In this document: positions 32,767 through 39,087 of the stretch, piece after piece | How positions within the stretch are numbered: position 1 is the stretch's first letter | Layout: the number at the start of each line of letters is the position of its first letter | DNA from: a virus | Taxonomy: Duplodnaviria > Caudoviricetes | DNA length: 39,087 bases | IMG/VR virus record: IMGVR_UViG_3300027732_000054 | Coordinates: 1-39,087 of that record | Reading direction: 5' to 3' (one strand) | Made by a program: the position numbers and the translations under genes | Notes under the pieces: generated by a model | What the model saw: only the letters and a program-made list of their open reading frames with translations | What the model was told of the DNA's origin: nothing | The model's database searches: none

Positions 32767-32973
32767 ATGAGCATCACACTTGACCAACACACTTGCCCTC
32801 GTTGTTTCGGGGGTATCCCCAATGACCTACAGCGAGGTCGGTACATCGGAGCATTGTCACGCACCGACAACAAGACCTACATCTGTTCAGACTGCGGAAC
32901 GGCAGAGGGACTAGAGGACTATTTTGACCTTGGCTGTTCACCTCAATCCGAATGGCGAGTGAACCAATCGTGA
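32767..32973 (+). CDS. zinc-finger microprotein, leaderless
   Basis: CPRC...GALSRTDNKTYICSDCGTAE. Confidence 0.82.
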   Translation: MSITLDQHTCPRCFGGIPNDLQRGRYIGALSRTDNKTYICSDCGTAEGLEDYFDLGCSPQSEWRVNQS

Positions 32974-33308
32974 CCACCATCATTGACCCTTGTATCCATT
33001 GCGGAGAACCCACTGCGTTTGGCTCTGTCCGTGAGGACGGAACGCTCGTCGGCAAGTTTGTGAACCGTATCCCTGCCGACACTGAGGACGAGGAAACGGG
33101 CGAATACAAAGACGGGTATGCGTGTGCTGAGTGCGCTGGGTATGGGTGCGACGAATGCGATAAGCCGATTTACCTTGACTGCGAAACCCGTGTGGATTAT
33201 CAGGACGAGAGTGGCAAGTTCCACTACGGCAACTTTCACGCCGAGTGTTACAACGAAGCGAAGCACGGCAAAGCCGAATACGGCGAGAACATCAAGGAGA
33301 CTCTGTAA
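32970..33308 (+). CDS. multi-CxxC zinc-finger protein
   Basis: GTGA overlap; CIHC, FVNRIPAD, CAEC, CDEC, HAEC. Confidence 0.78.
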   Translation: MTTIIDPCIHCGEPTAFGSVREDGTLVGKFVNRIPADTEDEETGEYKDGYACAECAGYGCDECDKPIYLDCETRVDYQDESGKFHYGNFHAECYNEAKHGKAEYGENIKETL

Positions 33309-33622
33309 TGCGTGAAATAGACCTATCCGTACGGAACGCCGACAACTCTTGGTATTGGCAACAAATCCGTGAGTACAGCAACAAGCAAGTCCATCGGCTA
33401 CGAGCGAACATTCGTCGTAATGCCTATGACAATCAGTCGCACGCCAACATTGAGAAATGGTCTGACGAGCGAGGCTGGGTCATCATCTCTTCTCACCCCA
33501 TCACAGACTATCCGTGCGTCAAGGTTTCGTATGTCACGAAAGAACTCACCGACAACGACCATGAGTGGTTCATTCAGACCGCCGAGGAACTGTTCACTAT
33601 TGGGGTGACATTCGCACGATGA
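33308..33622 (+). CDS. hypothetical protein
   Basis: SD AAGGAG, TAATG; IRRNAYDNQS.A.IE.W. Confidence 0.75.
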   Translation: MREIDLSVRNADNSWYWQQIREYSNKQVHRLRANIRRNAYDNQSHANIEKWSDERGWVIISSHPITDYPCVKVSYVTKELTDNDHEWFIQTAEELFTIGVTFAR

Positions 33623-33894
33623 GAACTATCACCGTTACACAAACATACGAACTCATCGTATCCATTGAGACTCAAGTCCCCGACGACTACAAGTACGAGG
33701 ATATGGAAAACTCATTCATTGACTTCCCTATTCGGGTTGATGTGAACCCCGTATGGGAAGATACCGAGAATGTCAAGGTCGTTGGAGTATGCGTGGACGC
33801 TCTTGTATCTCTAACGGGCGAGGACGCTTTCGCTCTTTATGAAATGAAAGACGACGAATACACTCGTTTGGTTGAGGAGAGTGACAATGAGTGA
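33619..33894 (+). CDS. hypothetical acidic protein
   Basis: ATGA overlap. Confidence 0.7.
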   Translation: MRTITVTQTYELIVSIETQVPDDYKYEDMENSFIDFPIRVDVNPVWEDTENVKVVGVCVDALVSLTGEDAFALYEMKDDEYTRLVEESDNE

Positions 33895-34117
33895 CTCTCA
33901 CGACTTCACTGGTGTTATCCGTATGGACTTTGATTGTGCGACAGACTCTCGTAAGGAAGTCATCGTACAGTTACCCGTGGACAAGAATGACCCTCAGCAA
34001 AATGTATGCGTCGTCGTGTTCACTGACGAGGGAGTCATCTTTGACTTCTACGAGGATGGCGAACTCTCTCGTACGCTTGGTCGCACTTATGAAGAGTGGT
34101 CTGACCTAGCACTATGA
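33887..34117 (+). CDS. hypothetical protein
   Basis: SD GAGGAG; FTDEGVIFDFY. Confidence 0.72.
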   Translation: MSDSHDFTGVIRMDFDCATDSRKEVIVQLPVDKNDPQQNVCVVVFTDEGVIFDFYEDGELSRTLGRTYEEWSDLAL

Positions 34118-34192
34118 GTGTCGTTAGTCACTTAGGTTGTGATTACGCCTATCTGTTCTTATTATCAACTATCAAGTAAACGAAAGGGAAAT

Positions 34193-34585
34193 ATGACTAC
34201 GACGAACATTGTCCGCAAGCCAAGTGGTGTTATTGATTTTGACGCATACAAAGGGCTAGAGGGAAGTATCGGACTAACGGGCATGACCTTCACCGTCAAG
34301 GTGATTGACGCTCGCCAGTCCTTTGGACGACTAGACCTCTGCGTTGAGCCTCTTCACGGCGAAGGCTCTCGTTGGATGGAATACCGCAAGGTGGAACTCA
34401 AGAGCGAGCCAGTGCGTTCAGAAATCACCACAACAGAAGTAACGACAGTCCGAGAGCAGGTTGCTCAACGAGCGATTGAGGCTTCTCGGGGAAATGGGTC
34501 AAGTAACACTGACCTCATTCAGCAACTGCTGAACCAAATAAACAACGGCAAGATTGCCACACAAACAAAGGAAACAATCAAATGA
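34193..34585 (+). CDS. hypothetical protein
   Basis: SD AAGGGA; V.VIDARQSFGRLD..V.P..G.G..W. Confidence 0.75.
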   Translation: MTTTNIVRKPSGVIDFDAYKGLEGSIGLTGMTFTVKVIDARQSFGRLDLCVEPLHGEGSRWMEYRKVELKSEPVRSEITTTEVTTVREQVAQRAIEASRGNGSSNTDLIQQLLNQINNGKIATQTKETIK

Positions 34586-34923
34586 AGCGTATCGTATTTG
34601 AGAACCCCACCGTCGCCAAGCGTGGACGCAGTGGCGGGGCTGTACAAGAGTTCATCACCAAACTGAGCGAGACTCCTGATAAGTGGGCTGTCTATACCCG
34701 TAGTGCCAACCACATCTCCTACTACTACACAGTGGCGAGCAAGATGGGTAACCTCAAAATCGCCGTTCGTGCGAATAGCGATGGCAAGACTCATACCGTT
34801 TACATGATGTACTTGGGAGTGGAAGCAACCAAGACTCGTGTTGCGGAGAAGGCGAACAAGAAGGCGAACAAGATGGTAGTCGTCAAGAAGGCGACTGCTA
34901 AGAAAGTCACCGTCAAGAAGTGA
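34582..34923 (+). CDS. basic protein with Lys/Ala-rich tail, putative DNA-binding
   Basis: P.KWAV; C-terminal KKANKM..KKATAKKVTVKK. Confidence 0.7.
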   Translation: MKRIVFENPTVAKRGRSGGAVQEFITKLSETPDKWAVYTRSANHISYYYTVASKMGNLKIAVRANSDGKTHTVYMMYLGVEATKTRVAEKANKKANKMVVVKKATAKKVTVKK

Positions 34924-34928
34924 TTGTG

Positions 34929-34954
34929 TCAGGGGTGGGGAAACCTGCCCCTGA
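34929..34954 (+). terminator. GNRA-capped hairpin after gene
   Basis: TCAGGGGTGGG-GAAA-CCTGCCCCTGA. Confidence 0.55.
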
Positions 34955-34970
34955 TAAATCCATCTAGTCG

Positions 34971-35007
34971 GGTTGTTATTACAATAACTAGGCTGTTCAC
35001 TGAAGGT
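34971..35007 (+). promoter_or_regulatory. class II promoter (leadered)
   Basis: GGTTGT-N12-TAG-GCT-GTTCA; SD AAGGGGA before ATG 35036. Confidence 0.78.
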
Positions 35008-35035
35008 ATAACCACTACTACTAAAGGGGACTACT

Positions 35036-35770
35036 ATGCCGAACTGGTGCTATAACCGAATGAATGTTACGGGCGACCGTGACTCACTAGTCAAACTCAC
35101 TGAAGCGATTACTCGTAAGCACGACTCGTCGCTCGCTGAGACAACGATGGGCGTTGAGCAAGTGGACTACGACCTATCTGTCTTGTTCCCCGTTCCTGAT
35201 GAACTCCGAATAACGGCGATGTTCTTTAATACCGAAACCGACGACCCTGAATACCAAGAACTTCTCAAGAAGTACGAAGCGAACAAGGCGAAGTACGGTC
35301 ACACTACTTGGTACGACTGGGCTATCAACAACTGGGGTACGAAGTGGTCGCCTCGCATTGAGGAGTGGACTATCAACGACTACCCTAATGGTAGCGAAAT
35401 CTATGCGTACTACGAGACTGCGTGGTCGCCTGCTGACGGACTTATCCGTGAAGTGAGTAGGCAGTTCCCCACACTCCTATTCACAGTTTCGTCTGATGAG
35501 GAAGGTCGCTCATTCTCTTGCGTAATGGCGTTCAGTAAAGGCGAGATGGTCGCTGAGGCTGGTTGCGAACTAGACGCTAATAAAGTTCCTGAGCAGTTCC
35601 GTGAGGCTTATGCGAGGATAGACAAGGAAATAGAGACTGGCACAAGTGACAGAAACTATGACGCTTGGGACGAGATGAGCGAACTTGACAGCGATGTTCT
35701 CGGCTGGTTGGAGACTCAAGTGAACAACCGACTGGTTGAGTTGGGGCTATTACCGAAGTTGAGCGTATGA
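35036..35770 (+). CDS. DUF1281/YubB-like (Api92-like ferredoxin-fold) protein
   Basis: MPNWCYN, WYDW...NWGTKW, YETAWSP. Confidence 0.85.
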   Translation: MPNWCYNRMNVTGDRDSLVKLTEAITRKHDSSLAETTMGVEQVDYDLSVLFPVPDELRITAMFFNTETDDPEYQELLKKYEANKAKYGHTTWYDWAINNWGTKWSPRIEEWTINDYPNGSEIYAYYETAWSPADGLIREVSRQFPTLLFTVSSDEEGRSFSCVMAFSKGEMVAEAGCELDANKVPEQFREAYARIDKEIETGTSDRNYDAWDEMSELDSDVLGWLETQVNNRLVELGLLPKLSV

Positions 35771-35785
35771 CCCGTAGGTCACCCG

Positions 35786-36043
35786 TCAGTATTTGGGAGC
35801 AGACTTCTTCTTGGGCTTACCCTCTACGACGGCTTCTTCAGCAGGGGCTTCCTCTGCTACGGCTTCTTCAGTGACGACTTCCTCACTAGGTACTTCAGCG
35901 GACGGGGCTTCCTCTACTACGGGGACAGTCTCGGCAACGGGTGCTACCTCTAAGTGTCCACAGTTCTCGTCGTGGGTGTGTTCCTCGGCTACGGCACGGG
36001 CCAAGTTCTTTGCCTCTCGCTCTTGGGGGGTAAGTTTACGCAT
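35786..36043 (-). CDS. low-complexity Glu/Ala/Val-rich protein
   Basis: Start MRKLTPQE after GAGG; EEAP/EEAV repeats; HTHDENCGH. Confidence 0.62.
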   Translation of the reverse strand: MRKLTPQEREAKNLARAVAEEHTHDENCGHLEVAPVAETVPVVEEAPSAEVPSEEVVTEEAVAEEAPAEEAVVEGKPKKKSAPKY

Positions 36044-36102
36044 GATAGAAACCTCGCTAGTTGTAAGTGTGGATACCATGATACCTAACTTATCCCCAAC
36101 CC

Positions 36103-36145
36103 TGTGGATAACCGCCACTGAACTAATGTAATCACCAAACCGATA
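36103..36145 (+). promoter_or_regulatory. class I promoter + DnaA box
   Basis: TGTGGATAA 36103, TGAACTA 36119, CCGATA 36140; degenerate boxes at 36068 and 36090. Confidence 0.86.
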
Positions 36146-36152
36146 GGAAGTT

Positions 36153-36650
36153 ATGACCACCCAGATGACACAAACTGAAGCAGAAAATCGCTACAAACAG
36201 GGCATTCGTGACCTTATTGAGAAGTGGGGTGGGCATAGCAATATCCCGTCCGCTGAGTTGCGAGATATATCTGAGGAACTACGGGCGTACTACATTGTCC
36301 TGAAGCATGAGGGTGCTGTCACACGGCAGATACTTAGTCAATACATGGTGTCACCAACCATCATTGAGCGTGTCATGTCAAGTATCGGAGTAGACGGGGA
36401 AGTGGGGGCTATTACCCCTAGGACTAGTCGCTCTGACCAATACAAGGCGTTCACTAAGTGGGCGTGTGAGCATGACCGTGAGCAGTTCACTACCGACCAA
36501 CTGGTTGAGGTATCGGGCTTCTCGTATCAAACGACGCTGAAGTTCGTGGACTCTGACCCCAACTTCATTCGTATCAAGAAGGGTCTGTATGAGTGCCGTG
36601 ACTACAACGCCTTACGCATTGAGTCAAAGAAGTTAGAAAAATCTCAGTAA
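36153..36650 (+). CDS. putative winged-helix DNA-binding protein, leaderless
   Basis: ATG at +1; FTTDQLVEVSGFSYQTTLKFV...FIRIKKGLY. Confidence 0.72.
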   Translation: MTTQMTQTEAENRYKQGIRDLIEKWGGHSNIPSAELRDISEELRAYYIVLKHEGAVTRQILSQYMVSPTIIERVMSSIGVDGEVGAITPRTSRSDQYKAFTKWACEHDREQFTTDQLVEVSGFSYQTTLKFVDSDPNFIRIKKGLYECRDYNALRIESKKLEKSQ

Positions 36651-36652
36651 TA

Positions 36653-36689
36653 GGTTGTTGTTATAACTAATAGCCTGTTCACTGTTACT
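36653..36689 (+). promoter_or_regulatory. class II promoter (leadered)
   Basis: GGTTGT-N12-TAG-CCT-GTTCA. Confidence 0.78.
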
Positions 36690-36729
36690 ACAAGGGCAAA
36701 TGCCCACTACTACAAATAGGGAGAAAACA

Positions 36730-37446
36730 ATGACCACCATTGACTTGCCAAAGTGTTGGCAGAAGTACAAGAACGCACTTGAGGGCGGTATTGACCGCAT
36801 CATTCTGTTCGGACCATCGGGTACGGGCAAGACCTACGGGGGACTCAACTACGGGGATACCCGTGGTGGTGCTTTCAGACTCGTATGTACTGAGGATATG
36901 ACGAACGCCGATGTATCGGGTTCATTCATGCCTTCCGCTAATGGCGGTTTCTCATGGGTTAGCGGTTCAGCACTGAGGGCTTGGGAAGGTAATGGCTACT
37001 CAGGTGGACGAGTTGTTGCTGACGAGATTGACAAGGCTGGTGGCGATGTACTTGCTACCCTGCTTTCGTTCTTTGACTCACCTGAGTCTGCCTCATGGGA
37101 ACACCCTGAGACTGGCAACATCCATAAGCCTCGTAACGGCTTCTCTGTGGTGATGACCACGAACATTGAGAACATGAGAGAGTTGCCAACGGCACTCACT
37201 GACCGCTTCCCTGTTCGTATTCGCATTGACGAACCGCACCCTGATGCGATTGCTCGCTTGTCGGCAGACCTGCGTGGTGTCGCTGTTCGTATGGCTGATG
37301 CTGGTAAGGAGCGTATCTCACTGCGAGCGTTCTACGCCTTTGACCAACTGCGTTCATCCCTCTCTGTTGAGGAGAGTGCGGAGATTGTGTTCGGTGACCG
37401 TGCTGGCGCAATCATGGATGCCATGCGAGTGGACTCATTGTCATGA
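36730..37446 (+). CDS. MoxR/CbbQ/CobS-like AAA+ ATPase
   Basis: Walker A GPSGTGKT, Walker B VVADEIDKA, sensor TTN, ALTDRF; SD AGGGAG. Confidence 0.9.
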   Translation: MTTIDLPKCWQKYKNALEGGIDRIILFGPSGTGKTYGGLNYGDTRGGAFRLVCTEDMTNADVSGSFMPSANGGFSWVSGSALRAWEGNGYSGGRVVADEIDKAGGDVLATLLSFFDSPESASWEHPETGNIHKPRNGFSVVMTTNIENMRELPTALTDRFPVRIRIDEPHPDAIARLSADLRGVAVRMADAGKERISLRAFYAFDQLRSSLSVEESAEIVFGDRAGAIMDAMRVDSLS

Positions 37447-38927
37447 GCACCAAGGTCAAACATGATATGTCACGGCGACCACTGCCTGAAGCATTGGGTC
37501 GTGGCGATGTAGACAAGGGTGGTGCGTGGACTGTAGAAGCCTGCCCACCTACCCGTGGACTACCCGCAACCTCTGTTGAGGGTCGCTTCATGAATGTACC
37601 TATGTCGGGTGACGCTCTCTCTACGGCTATTCGTATTCATGAGATGGTTCATGCGAAGGTGTCGCCTAAAGACTTGCGTCCATTCATTGCTAGGGGTTTC
37701 GCAACTGAGGAGTCACTGCGTTCTGTTGAGGAGATGCGAGTGAACTACCTCGCCACTCAGTTGGGCTACGACATGGGCGTACTCAGTGATGGTGCTGAGA
37801 AAGAAGTGGGCGAACGCTTTGTTGCTATGGGCGATTGGAATGGTGCTGTTCAGTTCGCTGTTGCCACCGTTGGTACGGGCGGTCATAAGAAGTTCATTGC
37901 TGGAGTACGCCGACATAACAAGGTGTGGGGCAGTGTGCTTGCTGACATCAGTAAGCGAGCAATGAAGGAGATAAAGAAGGTACAACGGCGAGCACTCTCT
38001 AGTACCTCTCCTACTACTGATGGTTTCATAGAAGGCTTTGGTTATACCGAAAGTATCGCCTCTTGGATTGACCGCTTGTGCGATAAGCAACCTGATGACA
38101 AGAGTGACAAGCCTGATGGTGATGATGGTTCTGATGGTGATGACATTAGTGACTCTGATACTGATGGGTCAAAGAAGGATGAGAAGGGCGAGATAGATAA
38201 GGCTCTTGCTGAGTTTCGTAAAGAGACTCTCGTTGATAGGACTCCTATCCCCTCTTGGTTCCCTCTCAAGGTGGAACGGTTGCCTATGCCTGAAGTATTG
38301 AGTGGGTCATTGGGTAAGAAGCGTGTCGCATCCAATAGTGGCAAGCATCCTCGTCGCCTTCATCGTTACTTGACTGACCCTCAGAAGCGTGTCTTTGATA
38401 AGACGGTTCGTGGTCAAGGTGGCATCGTTGTTATTGACACTAGTGGCTCTATGCGTCTTGACCGTGATGATGTAATGGGGATAGTCAAGGCATCCCCTGG
38501 ATGTACTGTGCTGTCCTATAGCGTCCCCTCGTTCGCCATTGACGATAATGGCGAGGCTGTTGAGACCAATGCTTATGTCCTTGCTAGTCGTGGTCGTATG
38601 GTTGATGAGATGCCTGAGTTCGGCTCTGCTAATGCTGTAGACCTACCTGTGCTGAAGTGGGCAGTGAGTGAACGACAAAGTAGTCGCACTCCTGTCGTGT
38701 GGGTATGTGATGGGTATGTGACTGGTCATGGCGATGTAGGTCACGAAGCACTGACGCTTCAGGCGGTTGAGTATTGCCTCGCTCATAGCATCGCTATCGT
38801 GCCTGATGCTGAGTCGGCAGTGAAGTACCTGACTGAGTTGGGCATGGGTACACGACCTGCTAAGTCATTCCCTCATGTTATGAAACGGGCATACGAGTTG
38901 GCGACTGGAGATAGGTTGGTCGCATAG
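37443..38927 (+). CDS. vWA-domain partner protein with N-terminal HExxH motif (CobT-like architecture)
   Basis: HEMVH, acidic linker, MIDAS DTSGS, CDG; ATGA overlap with ATPase. Confidence 0.85.
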   Translation: MSTKVKHDMSRRPLPEALGRGDVDKGGAWTVEACPPTRGLPATSVEGRFMNVPMSGDALSTAIRIHEMVHAKVSPKDLRPFIARGFATEESLRSVEEMRVNYLATQLGYDMGVLSDGAEKEVGERFVAMGDWNGAVQFAVATVGTGGHKKFIAGVRRHNKVWGSVLADISKRAMKEIKKVQRRALSSTSPTTDGFIEGFGYTESIASWIDRLCDKQPDDKSDKPDGDDGSDGDDISDSDTDGSKKDEKGEIDKALAEFRKETLVDRTPIPSWFPLKVERLPMPEVLSGSLGKKRVASNSGKHPRRLHRYLTDPQKRVFDKTVRGQGGIVVIDTSGSMRLDRDDVMGIVKASPGCTVLSYSVPSFAIDDNGEAVETNAYVLASRGRMVDEMPEFGSANAVDLPVLKWAVSERQSSRTPVVWVCDGYVTGHGDVGHEALTLQAVEYCLAHSIAIVPDAESAVKYLTELGMGTRPAKSFPHVMKRAYELATGDRLVA

Positions 38928-38974
38928 TTCTCGCCTTCCCTATAAGGTGAGTGAAGGGTAGTCCTTGAGTTGGT

Positions 38975-39012
38975 GGTGGTCATCGGCTTGAGTGACTGCC
39001 CTTCTTTTTTTA
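38975..39012 (+). terminator. intrinsic terminator
   Basis: GGTGGTCAT...GTGACTGCC followed by T-run. Confidence 0.6.
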
Positions 39013-39024
39013 TGTACTGAGTGA

Positions 39025-39065
39025 TGTATATGTATGTATATATATGTATGTGTGTATATATATAC
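39025..39065. repeat. alternating purine-pyrimidine (TA/TG) tract
   Basis: ATGTATATGTATGTATATATATGTATGTGTGTATATATATAC. Confidence 0.75.
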
Positions 39066-39087
39066 CCATAGCATTACCCGTAGGCAC

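Noticed and set aside
34135-34175. Additional class II promoter at GGTTGT 34135
   Set aside because: TAG and GTTYA are absent at the required spacing
4479-36145. CRISPR array interpretation of the repeated TATCGG/TAGTTCA/TTATCCACA motif
   Set aside because: Copies are degenerate, separated by whole genes of variable length and occur in both orientations; no cas genes
4434-36160. Apparent protein family YR....Y.SSVK.IHR in many track ORFs (e.g. 4434, 5257, 7013, 10037, 18179, 21884, 27482)
   Set aside because: Artefact of translating the antisense strand of the promoter motif; treated as shadow ORFs
36730-38927. Genuine cobalt chelatase cobS/cobT
   Set aside because: No cobN or other cobalamin genes; only the general AAA+/vWA architecture is supported

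Overview
This 39 kb window most likely comes from a large phage of an actinobacterial host (inferred from WhiB, DUF932, DUF732, pervasive leaderless genes and a phage-type tRNA). No capsid, tail, polymerase or integrase genes are visible. The left end encodes WhiB (truncated), DUF932 and a SMARCAL1-like SNF2 helicase with two HARP-like repeats. The right end encodes a DUF1281-like protein, a wHTH protein and a MoxR-type AAA+/vWA pair. Between them lie about 80 tiny accessory ORFs, mostly on the minus strand left of ~30.3 kb and on the plus strand to the right. The main signal is non-coding. (1) There are 31 copies of a fixed-spacing promoter, TGAACYA-N14-CCGATA-N7-[+1]; 22 have ATG exactly at +1, and 25 have a perfect DnaA box (TGTGGATAA) exactly 7 bp upstream (35 perfect boxes counted by eye). 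(2) There are 13 copies of a second promoter class, GGTTGT-N12-TAG-N3-GTTYA-N8-[+1]. (3) Eight co-oriented perfect copies of ACGGTGGCGGAAAG occur. (4) Two promoter-driven candidate structured ncRNAs both start GUAGCCC. (5) A conserved 5' leader sits on five genes, and a hairpin loop elsewhere is antisense to it. (6) One gene cassette is duplicated and carries a covarying 3' RNA element. All family calls come from motif recognition, not database searches, and all counts are manual.
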